A stretch of 64,000 bases of DNA from Desulfosudaceae bacterium (GTDB lineage Bacteria; Desulfobacterota; Desulfobacteria; Desulfobacterales; Desulfosudaceae). The translations under genes were made by a program, and so were the position numbers. The stretch covers positions 2,432,001-2,496,000 of the forward strand of contig CAXXDV010000001.1 in NCBI GenBank assembly GCA_963674745.2, written 5' to 3'. Shown here one piece after another: positions 1-10,375 of this stretch; the stretch's first letter is position 1, and each line of letters starts with the position of its first letter. The notes under the pieces are model-generated. The model was given only the letters and a program-made list of their open reading frames with translations, was not told where the DNA came from and did no database searches.

Positions 1-97
1 TGAATCGTGTATGAACTGCCCGGAGCGCACCGGATATTTTAATCAGCTGTAATTTATGTAAAACACAGGCCGATAAAAAAATATGGTATGTCCGGCG

Positions 98-1690
98 TTA
101 ATCGGTCAGTTCGAATACCGTCACATCTTTGACTACGGGAAGGTTTTTCAGGTCGGAAAGGACAGCACCGGAAATCTTTTTGTCGGTTCTTAGAAATATC
201 ACGTTGCGCTGGTTATCGCCTTTTTGTCCCACCTGCATTCTTTCGATATTGATTCCGTGCTCACCCATCAGTTGACCGATGCTGCCGATGGCGCCGGGCT
301 GATCAAGGTTATGAATGATGGCGAAATTGCCCGTGGTGGGAATCATTTCCAGGCGAAAATCATTGATGCGGATAATCCGGGGTTCTTTTTTTCCGAAAAT
401 TGTTCCCGCGATTGTATTGATAGCGTTACTGGCCGTCAGGCTGATTGTGATCAGACTGATAAAGTCCGTGGCGGCTTGATCAACCCGGGTCGTAATTTTC
501 AGGCCCCTGTCTGCCGCAAAAGAAGCGGCATTGACGAAGTTAATCGTGTGCTGGACAAAAGGCGTCAGAATGCCTTTTAAAGCGGCGGTTGTAACCGGTT
601 CCAGGTCAAGATTCTGGAAGTCACCGGTATATTCAATGGTCACTTCCTGTAAGTGTCCGTCGGCGAATTGGGCAATTGTTGCCCCGATCCGTTCGGCCAG
701 GGTCATAAAGGGTGCCAGTTTCGTCAGCAACTCTCCGGATACGGCCGGCACATTTACCGCATTGATAATGGTGTCGTTTTTGAGGTATTCGATAATCTGC
801 CGGGCGGCGGCTTCGGCCACGTTGACCTGAGCTTCCTTGGTGGACGCACCCAGATGCGGTGTGGCGATGACGTTCGGCAGTTTAAACAGTGGAGAGTCTC
901 CAGGCGGCTCGGTCTCGAACACATCCAGCGCGGCGCCGGCCACTTTACCGGATTCAAGGGCGTCGTAAAGGTCGGCCTCATTGATGATCCCCCCCCGGGC
1001 GCAGTTGAGGACCATGACCCCGTCTTTCATTTTGGCAAAAGCGTCCTTGTTTAACAAGCCGGTGGTCTGGGGCATTTTCGGCACATGGACGGTAATGAAA
1101 TCAGACCGGGATAACAGTTCGTCCATGGTGACGGCCTCATGGCCTTCGTTCTCAATGGTTGCCGGGGAGATGTTGGGATCGGCGACAATCACCTTCATTT
1201 TAAACTGCCGTGCCCGATCGGCTACGATGCAGCCGATTTTCCCAAAACCAATGATACCAATGGTTTTATTAAAAATTTCAACCCCTTGAAGCTTTTTTTT
1301 GTTCCACTGGCCGGCCTTCAATGACGATGTCCCCTGGGGAATGTTACGGGCCAGGGCCAGCATCATGGACAGCGTATGCTCGGCCGTGGTGACCGTGTTC
1401 CCCTGCGGGGTGTTCATGACGGCGATGCCGTGCCTGGTGGCGGCTGGAATATCAACATTATCAAGGCCGATACCCGCCCGGGCCACGACTTTCAAGCGGG
1501 GCGTCCCGGCCTGGGCGATGTCTTCGGTGACCTTGGTGGCGCTTCTGATAATCATGCCGTCGTAATCACCGATAATTTTTTTCAGTTCATCAGCCGGCAG
1601 CCCTGTTTTGACATCAGCTTCAAAATCAGGCTCGGCGTTGATCAGCTGGATACCGATATCATCTATATTATCTGCTATTAAAATTTTCAT
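98..1690 (-). CDS. serA: D-3-phosphoglycerate dehydrogenase
   Basis: RAGIGLDNVD, GIIGFGKIG NAD motif, NCARGG, TPHLGAST; C-terminal ASB/ACT-type extension (NLDQPGAIG); 530 aa. Confidence 0.95.
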   Translation of the reverse strand: MKILIADNIDDIGIQLINAEPDFEADVKTGLPADELKKIIGDYDGMIIRSATKVTEDIAQAGTPRLKVVARAGIGLDNVDIPAATRHGIAVMNTPQGNTVTTAEHTLSMMLALARNIPQGTSSLKAGQWNKKKLQGVEIFNKTIGIIGFGKIGCIVADRARQFKMKVIVADPNISPATIENEGHEAVTMDELLSRSDFITVHVPKMPQTTGLLNKDAFAKMKDGVMVLNCARGGIINEADLYDALESGKVAGAALDVFETEPPGDSPLFKLPNVIATPHLGASTKEAQVNVAEAAARQIIEYLKNDTIINAVNVPAVSGELLTKLAPFMTLAERIGATIAQFADGHLQEVTIEYTGDFQNLDLEPVTTAALKGILTPFVQHTINFVNAASFAADRGLKITTRVDQAATDFISLITISLTASNAINTIAGTIFGKKEPRIIRINDFRLEMIPTTGNFAIIHNLDQPGAIGSIGQLMGEHGINIERMQVGQKGDNQRNVIFLRTDKKISGAVLSDLKNLPVVKDVTVFELTD

Positions 1691-1838
1691 AACGGGAAAA
1701 TATATGATGTACTTTAAAAATTCAAGACAAAAATGTATTTGAAACGAAGATAAAATTAGGATAGGAATGAGGGATAATAAAGGAATTTAGCCCGGGAAAA
1801 AGAGGCGTCTGAGGAGGGAACGGAACAAAGGGGGCGCA

Positions 1839-3323
1839 ATGCGAAACGAACAGGAAAAAGAGCTGTTGATCAGTGCCATAGACGGGGCACAGAGAAAGTT
1901 TTTTATCATTTCTTCTGATTATGAGCTTCTGGCGGTCAACGATTACACACGGCAGCTTGCCGGTGGCGGTGATGTCAAGGGACGGCACTGCTATGAAGTG
2001 TTCTATGACCGCCAGTCACCCTGCGAGGACTGCACGGCCGCGCGAGTTATGTCAACCGGAAAGCAGGCCCTGGCAAGTGTTGGAAAAGAAATGCTGGAAA
2101 CAAACATCGCTTCCTGTTTTTATTCATACCCGGTTTTCAACGGGGATGATATAGAAGCCGTGGTGACGATCGATTTTGATCTGGACGCCGTGGGAGAAAT
2201 GCTGGGACGGATCGACCGGTCCAACGCGTTTTTGCGGAATCTGATTTTAAGTTCGGTGGATGGGGTTATCGCGGCTGATATGACCGGAAAAGTGATCGTG
2301 TTTAATGAGGCTGCCGCCGAGATTTCCGGCTATAGTATTGAAGAAGCACTGAACCATCTGGATATCAGAGACGTTTATCCGGATGGCGGGGCCCGTGAAG
2401 TCATGAAAATGCTTCGCAGTGAAGAGTACGGCGGAAAAGGCAAGGTCAAGTCATATGAAGTGCAAACCAAAAGAAAAGACGGTAATGTCATGCCGATCCG
2501 GTTAAATGCCGCCATTGTTTATGAGGGCGACAAGGAAATTGCCTCGATCGGCTTTTTTCATGATATGACAGAAGAATTGAAGATGAAGGCCAACCTTGAG
2601 AAAACCCAGACGCAGCTTCTTCAGGCGGAGAAGATGTCGTCCCTGGGAAAACTGGCGGCCGGTGTGGCGCATCAGTTGAACAATCCCCTGGGAGGAATAA
2701 CGCTGTATGCCAAGCTGCTGCTCGAGGATTACGATCTCAGTGAGGAGGCTGTTGAGGATGTTAATCGCATTATCCGGGACGCCCAGAGAGGCAGTGAAAC
2801 CGTCAAGGAGTTGCTGGAATTCGCCCGGCAGACCCGGTTAAAGCGGGTTCAAGTTGACGTCAACCAGGCGGTTTCCCGGACATTGTTTTTGCTTGAAAAC
2901 CAAACTTTATTTCATGACATTGAAATTAAGAAAGATTTTTATGAAAAATCGCTTTTTATCAGCGCCGATATTCAGCAGCTTAATCATGTGTTTATGAATA
3001 TCATCCTTAATGCGGCCCAGGCCATGGAGGGAAAAGGCCGGCTGGAGATAGAAACCGGTCTGGATGTTTCCCGGAACCTGGTTAAGGTCAGAATCGCTGA
3101 CAGCGGTCCGGGAATACCCGACGATATCATTCCCCATATTTTCGAACCTTTTTATACCACCAAGGAAGAGGGAAAAGGCACGGGACTGGGGCTGAGTCTT
3201 GTTTACAGTATTATTGACGAGCATGGCGGTCATATCTCAGCCAACAACCAACCGGGCGGTGGTGCTGTGTTTAAGATTGAACTTCCTGTGCAATCGGAGA
3301 AAGGAGAGGAAGAGAGTGGATGA
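1839..3323 (+). CDS. PAS-domain sensor histidine kinase (NtrB-like)
   Basis: Cys-rich PAS-like N-terminus, PAS, H-box AHQLNNPL, N-box NAAQAM, DSGPG, FYTTK, GTGLGL. Confidence 0.92.
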   Translation: MRNEQEKELLISAIDGAQRKFFIISSDYELLAVNDYTRQLAGGGDVKGRHCYEVFYDRQSPCEDCTAARVMSTGKQALASVGKEMLETNIASCFYSYPVFNGDDIEAVVTIDFDLDAVGEMLGRIDRSNAFLRNLILSSVDGVIAADMTGKVIVFNEAAAEISGYSIEEALNHLDIRDVYPDGGAREVMKMLRSEEYGGKGKVKSYEVQTKRKDGNVMPIRLNAAIVYEGDKEIASIGFFHDMTEELKMKANLEKTQTQLLQAEKMSSLGKLAAGVAHQLNNPLGGITLYAKLLLEDYDLSEEAVEDVNRIIRDAQRGSETVKELLEFARQTRLKRVQVDVNQAVSRTLFLLENQTLFHDIEIKKDFYEKSLFISADIQQLNHVFMNIILNAAQAMEGKGRLEIETGLDVSRNLVKVRIADSGPGIPDDIIPHIFEPFYTTKEEGKGTGLGLSLVYSIIDEHGGHISANNQPGGGAVFKIELPVQSEKGEEESG

Positions 3324-4824
3324 CAGTCAAACGATGAAAATCCTTGTTATAGATGATGAACAGGATATCCGGGAAGGTTGCGTGCGCGTTCTCAAACGGA
3401 TAAAGGGGTGCGAAGTGTCTTCCGCCCCCAACGGGACCGAGGGCCTGGGTGTTCTGCAGAAAGAATTTTTTCCCGTTGTTTTGCTGGACCTGAAAATGCC
3501 CGGGCTTGACGGCATGGAGGTGCTGCAGGAAATCAAAAAGATGGAAGGCAGGGAGATCCTGGTCATCATCATCACCGGATTTGCCACCGTGGAAACAGCC
3601 ATTGAGGCCATGAAACACGGGGCATATGATTTTATTCCCAAGCCGTTCGATCCGACCCAGCTCAGGATCGTTGTCGAACGGGCCCTGGATAAAATACGCC
3701 TGACCAGGGAAGCGGAAATGCTTGAGTTGGAACGTCAGAAAACCCTGGCCGATCTTGACACGGAGAAAAGTCGTATCAGCGCCATTGTCAAGTCGCTTCC
3801 TATCGGGGTGGTGGTCACCAATAATGCCGGTCAGGTTGTGTTGATGAACCCCTCCTTTAAAAATCTTCTTGGACTGGATGCGGGCAGGGTGCCCGGGGAA
3901 GATATCTCGTCTTATGTCCCGGATCAGGGGTTCTGTGATCTGGTCAATGAAATTTCACGGTGTGATGTCATCGAAGACAGCGAGGAGTCGACCTATGAAC
4001 TGGTTCTGGACGGCAACAAGTTTCTCATGACCAGGGGGCGGCCCGTTCTGACTGAATCCGGGGATTGCCTTGGCGCTGTGGTTACTTTGGGTGATATTTC
4101 ATCCATCAGGATTCTGGATCAACTCAAATCCGAGTTTGTGGCCAAGGTGTCCCACGAACTCCGCTCTCCGCTTTCGACGATTCATGAACAGCTGGGCGTT
4201 GTGCTCAAAGATATGGGCGAGGATGTGGATGCACAGGAGGATCAGTATATTCTTTCACGTGCGAAAGAGAAAACCAGCGGTCTTATTTCGCTTATTGGAG
4301 ACCTTCTGGATTTGTCCCGTATCGAATCCGGCGGGTTGGCCCATAATATCCAGCGGGTACCACTGGATGAGCTGTTAAAAAGTATTGTTGACTTTTTGGG
4401 TGCCAGGGCCAAGGCAAAAGACCAGACCCTGTCTTTAAGCCTGGACGGGGATTCGTTTCCACCTTTGACGGCCGACCCCCTTGCCCTGGAAAGTGTTTTT
4501 GGGAATCTGGTCACCAATGCCATCAATTATACCGGTGAAGGCGGGCGCATTGAGGTGTCCATGAGCATGGAGAGCGGACTGTTGCGGGTTGCGGTCGCAG
4601 ACAACGGCTATGGAATTGAAGAGCGGCACCAGGCGAAGATTTTTGAAAAATTTTACCGGGTTAAGGATGAAAATACGCGTTTTATCACTGGCACCGGGTT
4701 GGGGTTACCGATCGTAAAAGGGCTTGTGGAGCAGTTGGGTGGTGAAATCCGTCTGGACAGTGCACCTGGAAAAGGAACGACATTTACGGTTTTACTGCCG
4801 GTAGAAAAACAACATGCCGTTTAA
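3316..4824 (+). CDS. hybrid receiver-PAS-histidine kinase
   Basis: ILVIDDE...LLDLKMPG...KPF receiver; SHELRSPL H-box; DNGYG, GTGLGL. Start placed at GTG 3316 (or ATG 3334) behind a purine-rich SD rather than at ORF-track 3199. Confidence 0.9.
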   Translation: MDDSQTMKILVIDDEQDIREGCVRVLKRIKGCEVSSAPNGTEGLGVLQKEFFPVVLLDLKMPGLDGMEVLQEIKKMEGREILVIIITGFATVETAIEAMKHGAYDFIPKPFDPTQLRIVVERALDKIRLTREAEMLELERQKTLADLDTEKSRISAIVKSLPIGVVVTNNAGQVVLMNPSFKNLLGLDAGRVPGEDISSYVPDQGFCDLVNEISRCDVIEDSEESTYELVLDGNKFLMTRGRPVLTESGDCLGAVVTLGDISSIRILDQLKSEFVAKVSHELRSPLSTIHEQLGVVLKDMGEDVDAQEDQYILSRAKEKTSGLISLIGDLLDLSRIESGGLAHNIQRVPLDELLKSIVDFLGARAKAKDQTLSLSLDGDSFPPLTADPLALESVFGNLVTNAINYTGEGGRIEVSMSMESGLLRVAVADNGYGIEERHQAKIFEKFYRVKDENTRFITGTGLGLPIVKGLVEQLGGEIRLDSAPGKGTTFTVLLPVEKQHAV

Positions 4825-4849
4825 TTTTGTTTTTAAGCGGTTTTTATTG

Positions 4850-4872
4850 AAGCGGGCCAAAATGGCCCGCTT
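4850..4872. terminator. bidirectional intrinsic terminator
   Basis: AAGCGGGCCA-aaa-TGGCCCGCTT hairpin between convergent genes. Confidence 0.7.
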
Positions 4873-4877
4873 ATTTT

Positions 4878-5264
4878 TTAATCCGCCAGGAGGCTTTTGA
4901 CGCTGTCACAGATATCTTCGGCAGAGGCCGGTTTTGGTAGATAATCATCCGCTTGCGTTGACATACCGTCAAAATGCGAATAACGGGTTGAACTGACATG
5001 ATCGGCCACGGCTGTCAGCAGCACAATGGGAATTTCTGAATATTTTTCATCTTTTTTCAGCTCAGCGCAGGTTTCATACCCGTCTTTTTCCGGCATCATC
5101 ACGTCCAGAACAATCGCGTCAGGGGGATTGGCGTGAACTTTTTCTATGGCTTCAACACCGTTATAGGCTGTCTCCACCTTAAATCCTTCGGCTTCCAGGT
5201 ATTTTTTTATAACCGCAACCAGATCCGGCTCGTCATCGACGACTAGCACTCTTTTTTCCGACAT
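4878..5264 (-). CDS. single-domain response regulator
   Basis: VLVVDDE, LDVMMP, LPKP; paralog of 28129..28512. Confidence 0.92.
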   Translation of the reverse strand: MSEKRVLVVDDEPDLVAVIKKYLEAEGFKVETAYNGVEAIEKVHANPPDAIVLDVMMPEKDGYETCAELKKDEKYSEIPIVLLTAVADHVSSTRYSHFDGMSTQADDYLPKPASAEDICDSVKSLLAD

Positions 5265-5504
5265 TTGCAGATTCTCCTTTTTGTTGTGGTCTTTATTATT
5301 ATTCTAGATATTCAGTTAATTCAATTTTTTTTATTTTATCGCAGGCAGTGGTAAAAGGCCAGCACTTTTGACGCTTTCGGCAACTTTTTCTACTTCTTCG
5401 GCGGCCGTATTGCGGGCATCCGGGCGCCTTCAAAATTTTCCAATATTCCGAACCGTTGAGCGGTTTTTCGTAGCAGGGGCACGGCAGGGGATATGCCTTT
5501 TATC

Positions 5505-5533
5505 TTGACTTTTGGTGGATTTTTATGTATTTT
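5505..5533 (+). promoter_or_regulatory. putative sigma70 promoter
   Basis: TTGACT-17 nt-TATTTT upstream of the LVIVD gene. Confidence 0.4.
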
Positions 5534-5768
5534 TTAACAAAGATACATAACAAGCCTTCATCTCGTCAAATCACAAATTCGGACTGCTGGTCATGTTCCG
5601 GGACAAATCATCCGAAAAAAGAATAATGTCGGAGCAGAATGGCTGCTGAATTTATAAGCGTTTCATAATCGTCGGTTATTTAAATAAGGTGTTTTTTGGG
5701 GAGACTTGATTCGTTATGCGAGAATTCTGTCTCATATAATTATATATCTGAGTTACTGCGAGGCTGTA

Positions 5769-8036
5769 ATGAGAGTGTTTGTTTATTTTTTTGTCGGTTT
5801 TTTCCTTTTTGTCGGTTGTGCTCTGGCGCAAAGCAAACCTACGGTTTCTTACCTTAACCGTTGGCCGATTAAAGCCCCCAATGTTATTACCAAGGTCGGT
5901 AATTACGTTTTCCATGGTGACGGCGACATAATCGCTGTTTATGACGCCGCCACTGATTCGGATTTAACCCTGGTAAAAACTGTTCCTGTCCGGTTGACCC
6001 CGGCAGCTGACCTGAAAGATCAGCAGGCGAGCGGGACGGAGGGTGTTACCGGTCTGTTTTATGACGGTGATTTGTTGTATGCCGCCTGTGGTAATGAGGG
6101 CCTTCAGATTTATGATGTTCCGGCGGACCCGGCTTCCTTTGCCCCAACTGACTGGAAAAGTACGTACATCGTTGAAAAGCAGAATGCCCGGGCCGTTGTC
6201 CGGGACGTTTCGGTGTCGGGCAGCTATGCTTATATCGGTTATTACCTGCTTTCAAATGCCGGTTATGACAGTGGTATCCAGGTCGTTAATATTACAGACC
6301 CAGCCAACCCCTTTTTGGCAGGGGAAGTTGAGTTCCCCCAGGCTGTCGTGGAACTGAAAAGAGTTCAGAGCGTTACGGTCGCCGGGAATTATCTCTATGC
6401 CACGGATATTTATAATGGATTGATCATTTTTGATCTGACAGATCCGAAGGCGCCTGAAGTAGAAGCCGCTTATTATATCTCTTCGGCCATGGATGTGGCT
6501 GTTTCCGGAAATTTTGCTTATGTGGCAGCTGTTTTTGGTGTGACCGTGGTTAATGTTGATCCGGCCAATTTTACGGATGAAATGGATGTTCTTCAAAGCA
6601 GCGCCACCTGTCAGTATGCCGGTGAAGAAACAAAAGCGGTTAGTTTGGAAGCAAATGGCGGTTACGCCTATGTCGGTGATGTGGATCTTGGGCTGGTTAT
6701 TATTGATACCTCGTCACCGGAAGACGTAAATGACGATAGTGTCATTGGAGGATATTCTCTTGATACCCAGGGCGCTTATAGCCTTTTTTTTGACGGCGCC
6801 AATTCGGATGTTTACCTGGGGGATTGCAGAAAAGGTTTGCAGAAGGTGGATGTCGAAGATCCTGCCGCTACGGCGTTGTTGGCTGACGTAAAAGATACGA
6901 GAACGCCGGCTGATGCTGATGCCGTGTTTGTCGATACGGATACCAGTTACGTGTTTTCTGTGGATGATGACGCTTCTTTTGGAAACATCAAGGAAGGCGT
7001 CCGGATTTTCTTTGCGGTTGTTTCGGAAGAGTATGTGACATTTCTTTCAAAAGGGATGCTTCCCACCGATGGGGAAGCGACGGACATCTATTTTTTTGAT
7101 GGCTATCTTTACATTGCCGACGGCAGCGGGGGCTTGAAGATTATTGATGCCGGTCTGCCCGAGGACACGGCCGGCCCTGTTAATCCGGTTCTGGTGAGCA
7201 GTGTACCGGTTTCCGGCGGTAACGCCACCGGTGTTTTTGTCAAACTGGACGATGATACCCGAACCTATGCCTATGTCGCTGCCGGAAGTGGTGGCTTGAA
7301 AGTGATCGATGTCTCTGATCCGGCATCGCCGACATTAATTGGGGAGATTTCCGGAACAGAGGTCTCTGATGCGAGAAAGGTTGATGTAAAGGGGAATTTT
7401 GCCTTTATTGCGGATGGCGACAACGGTCTAAAGATAGTTGATATTGCTGATAAGAGCGCCCCTTTCCTGACCGGTGTTTATTATGTGGGGGATAGTGACG
7501 ACCTGGATGATATCCCCGGCTGCGCCTATGACCTGAACATTGTCGGTACGCTGGCATATGTGGCTTTTTACAACGAAGGCTTGCATGTTGTAGGCGTCTC
7601 CAACCCCTATGAGCCAATTTGGGTGGCCCAATACAGTGCCGATCCCTATTACCAGGTCAAGGGCTTGTATGCCGCCCGGTCCAGTGATAACGAAGGTGTG
7701 GATTTGATCTGGATCGCCAACGGCACTGCTCAGGAAGAGAATATGTGCTTTTTTACCAGGCCTTCTACGGTTCCGCCGCAGCGTATCGGCGGGTATTATA
7801 CTGCCGGAGATGTAAAGGACGTGTATGTGGCTGCTGATTTTGCTTTTCTTGCCGACAGCGCCGGCGGTCTCCAAGCGTTAATCGTGAATGAATATGAATC
7901 AGAAGTTGAAAACAGCTATCTTGATGTTGTGGTGCCGGTTGACACGCATCGCAGTAAAGCCGGCGGCTGCTTTATCCAGACGGGGCTGACCGGTTTCTGG
8001 GACGGCCTTAGGCGACTGATTCTACCCGGACGATGA
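5769..8036 (+). CDS. secreted LVIVD-repeat (beta-propeller) surface protein with C-terminal GGCFI motif
   Basis: Signal peptide MRVFVYFFVGFFLFVGCALA; repeated (A/L)Y(V/I)AxGxxGLxI(I/V)D(V/I)SDP units; acidic; ends ...KAGGCFIQTG... Confidence 0.85.
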   Translation: MRVFVYFFVGFFLFVGCALAQSKPTVSYLNRWPIKAPNVITKVGNYVFHGDGDIIAVYDAATDSDLTLVKTVPVRLTPAADLKDQQASGTEGVTGLFYDGDLLYAACGNEGLQIYDVPADPASFAPTDWKSTYIVEKQNARAVVRDVSVSGSYAYIGYYLLSNAGYDSGIQVVNITDPANPFLAGEVEFPQAVVELKRVQSVTVAGNYLYATDIYNGLIIFDLTDPKAPEVEAAYYISSAMDVAVSGNFAYVAAVFGVTVVNVDPANFTDEMDVLQSSATCQYAGEETKAVSLEANGGYAYVGDVDLGLVIIDTSSPEDVNDDSVIGGYSLDTQGAYSLFFDGANSDVYLGDCRKGLQKVDVEDPAATALLADVKDTRTPADADAVFVDTDTSYVFSVDDDASFGNIKEGVRIFFAVVSEEYVTFLSKGMLPTDGEATDIYFFDGYLYIADGSGGLKIIDAGLPEDTAGPVNPVLVSSVPVSGGNATGVFVKLDDDTRTYAYVAAGSGGLKVIDVSDPASPTLIGEISGTEVSDARKVDVKGNFAFIADGDNGLKIVDIADKSAPFLTGVYYVGDSDDLDDIPGCAYDLNIVGTLAYVAFYNEGLHVVGVSNPYEPIWVAQYSADPYYQVKGLYAARSSDNEGVDLIWIANGTAQEENMCFFTRPSTVPPQRIGGYYTAGDVKDVYVAADFAFLADSAGGLQALIVNEYESEVENSYLDVVVPVDTHRSKAGGCFIQTGLTGFWDGLRRLILPGR

Positions 8037-8083
8037 GTTGTCATAAAAAACATTACCATTAGTGCTGGTTATGGCTGTTATGT

Positions 8084-8117
8084 AAGGCCCGCCTGAGGCG
8101 GGCCTTTTCTTTTTTTT
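8084..8117 (+). terminator. rho-independent terminator
   Basis: AAGGCCCGCC-tga-GGCGGGCCTT followed by a long T tract. Confidence 0.85.
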
Positions 8118-8220
8118 GACTTCTCATTTTTTTTTTGTTATGTAAACGGTTTAATCGGTTAAACGACTTTGCTGTCTGCGAGTTTGATTTTTTAAACATC
8201 CATAAAGATTGGGGGGGCTT

Positions 8221-8643
8221 ATGGCCGGTATTAATAAGGCGATCATTCTTGGAAGATTGGGACGGGATCCGGAAGTACGTTATACACAGGATGGAAGGGC
8301 GATTGCGAATTTCAGCGTGGCCACGTCAGAAGAGTGGAAAGACAAAGACTCCGGTGAAAAAAAAGAACGGACGGAATGGCATCGGATCGTTGCTTTTGGC
8401 CGCCTGGGTGAGATATGTGGCGAGTATTTATCCAAAGGCAGACAGGTTTATGTAGAAGGCCGCTTACAGACAAGGTCATGGGAGAAAGACGGCGTTACCC
8501 GGTACACAACTGAAATTGTTGCCGCCAACATGCAGATGCTGGATTCCAAGTCGGTGGCAGGCGGAAATAATGATTACATGCCGCCGATGGATGATGCCAT
8601 GCCTTCCGAAGTGGGTCCTGGTGATGATGATATCCCTTTTTAA
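8221..8643 (+). CDS. ssb: single-stranded DNA-binding protein
   Basis: [24 protein letters not shown]-terminal DDDIPF. Confidence 0.97.
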   Translation: MAGINKAIILGRLGRDPEVRYTQDGRAIANFSVATSEEWKDKDSGEKKERTEWHRIVAFGRLGEICGEYLSKGRQVYVEGRLQTRSWEKDGVTRYTTEIVAANMQMLDSKSVAGGNNDYMPPMDDAMPSEVGPGDDDIPF

Positions 8644-8797
8644 TCCGGTCCTGATTAACTTGTAAAAACGACCTGTGGTGCAAAAAGCTTGACGTCCGAT
8701 TTAACAGCGGCACGAGAGATATCGGCTTGGAGCGGTTATCCATTCTGGCCGGTATGGCTGATGCAACAGGTCGCTACTTAGCCGCCCGCCCGGTTGA

Positions 8798-9004
8798 TTA
8801 CGGGGTATTATTGTCTTTATTCTCTTCGGCCTGATTGTCGTCGATTTTTTTCTGGTCGTCTTTATCCACTTTAGAAGTGGCATTCTTGAAATTACGTATC
8901 CCCTGGCCGATACCGGCACCAATATCGGGGAGCCTTTTGGCACCGAACACAATCAGAACGATAATCAGAATGATAATGAGTTCCGGCAAGCCGAGTCCAA
9001 ACAT
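8798..9004 (-). CDS. tatA: twin-arginine translocase TatA/TatE subunit
   Basis: [26 protein letters not shown]...GIRNFK; start at ATG 9004. Confidence 0.95.
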   Translation of the reverse strand: MFGLGLPELIIILIIVLIVFGAKRLPDIGAGIGQGIRNFKNATSKVDKDDQKKIDDNQAEENKDNNTP

Positions 9005-9257
9005 ATTGCCCCCTTCCGCAGGATGTTGCGGGTAAGTCCTTTGTTGAACGTCAAGCAAAACGGGTTTCATGGCTTATGACACCCGTTTGAGAATGATCAT
9101 CAATATCATATCGGATTTTTAAATGTCAATCTTTGTTGGGATTTATGAACATTTCCAGCTGGTTTCTCCTGCCTGGTATCCGGCCGGAGAATTAATAAGG
9201 CCTTGTTGAATGGATTGAAATTTTATACATTATCAGGATGCAAAAGGATGGTGTTAC

Positions 9258-10334
9258 ATGAATGATAAAAAATGTTTTCCGGATTTGAGACCGGCGCTTA
9301 TCGGCAGCCTGCCCATGTCGGATCATGGGGCGGCTACCCGGCTGATGTTTGATTATGTGCCCGAGATCCCCTTGTGGGTCCAGTTGCCGGTATTTAAAGA
9401 AGAGGGCATGGTGCCCCAGTTTTTGCCCGGTTTTCCCGGTGTGAAAAATACCGGCGACAAGACGTTCATTGACAGCCGGGATGAAACTTTTGACGCAGAG
9501 GTGGTCCAATTTTACGAAGATTATCTGGCGGTATCTGAGAACAGGGCCGATCTTGTCACTTCTCGATTTTCCCTGGGAGAGGATACGGCCAGGGGGTTTT
9601 TTGAGTTCATGCGACAGACCCCGGCTCATGAAGATCAGCTTTTCGCGGTCAAAGGGCAGATTACAGGCCCTTTTACGTTCGCCACCAGCGTCGTGGATGC
9701 CGGTGACCGGGCTGTATTTTATGATGATCAACTGCGGGATATCGCGATCAAGCTGATCGCCATGAAAGCCCGTTGGCAGGCCCGCCGTCTGGCTGAGCTG
9801 GGCAAGCCGGTGATCATCTTTTTTGATGAACCGGGTCTGACGGCCTTCGGTTCTTCGGCCTTTATCAGTATCTCCCGGCAGGAGGTCATGGATTGTTTTA
9901 ACGAAGTCTTTGAGGCGGTTCATGCCGAAGGCGCTCTGGCCGGGGTGCATGTCTGCGCCAATGCCGAATGGTCGATCATTCTGGATTCAAAAGCTGATAT
10001 CGTCAGTTTTGACGCTTATTCGTTTTTTGACAAATTTATCCTGTATGCCGACTCTATCAGGTGTTTTCTGGAAGAAGGTCATCTCCTTGCCTGGGGGATC
10101 GTGCCCACGTCCAACTCCGAGATGATTCAGGGAGAAACGGTGGACTCCCTGACCGATCGCTGGATGGACCAGGTCAATCAAATCGAGCGGCTGGGGGTTG
10201 AACGCAAAAAGATCCTGGCCCAGTCCCTGATTACGCCCAGTTGCGGTACCGGTTCTCTGGATCTGGGCTCAGCCAGACGCGTTCTGGAACTGACGGCGGA
10301 GCTGTCTCGGAAGCTCCGGGCAGTGACATACTAA
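9258..10334 (+). CDS. core (single-barrel) cobalamin-independent methionine synthase, MesB-like
   Basis: IGSLP, W(V)QLP, KGQITGPFT, FDEP, zinc ligands GVHVC, SFDAY and ITPSCG; 358 aa, lacks the N-terminal MetE barrel. Confidence 0.75.
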   Translation: MNDKKCFPDLRPALIGSLPMSDHGAATRLMFDYVPEIPLWVQLPVFKEEGMVPQFLPGFPGVKNTGDKTFIDSRDETFDAEVVQFYEDYLAVSENRADLVTSRFSLGEDTARGFFEFMRQTPAHEDQLFAVKGQITGPFTFATSVVDAGDRAVFYDDQLRDIAIKLIAMKARWQARRLAELGKPVIIFFDEPGLTAFGSSAFISISRQEVMDCFNEVFEAVHAEGALAGVHVCANAEWSIILDSKADIVSFDAYSFFDKFILYADSIRCFLEEGHLLAWGIVPTSNSEMIQGETVDSLTDRWMDQVNQIERLGVERKKILAQSLITPSCGTGSLDLGSARRVLELTAELSRKLRAVTY

Positions 10335-10375
10335 TCTTGATGATTAAATTTGAATGGTTGTTTTTTTTAAGCCCA

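Noticed and set aside
2..52. Possible 3' end of a plus-strand gene (ESCMNCPERTGYFNQL*)
   Set aside because: Too short to support without upstream sequence
5523..5540. Rex-like site TTATGTA-N4-TTAACAA
   Set aside because: Three mismatches in AT-rich DNA, and it lies upstream of a surface protein; not distinguishable from chance
5590..5650. c-di-GMP-I riboswitch-like GGACAAATCATCCGAAA
   Set aside because: The complementary strand of the GAAA-capped stem and the downstream GACGCAAAGC motif are absent
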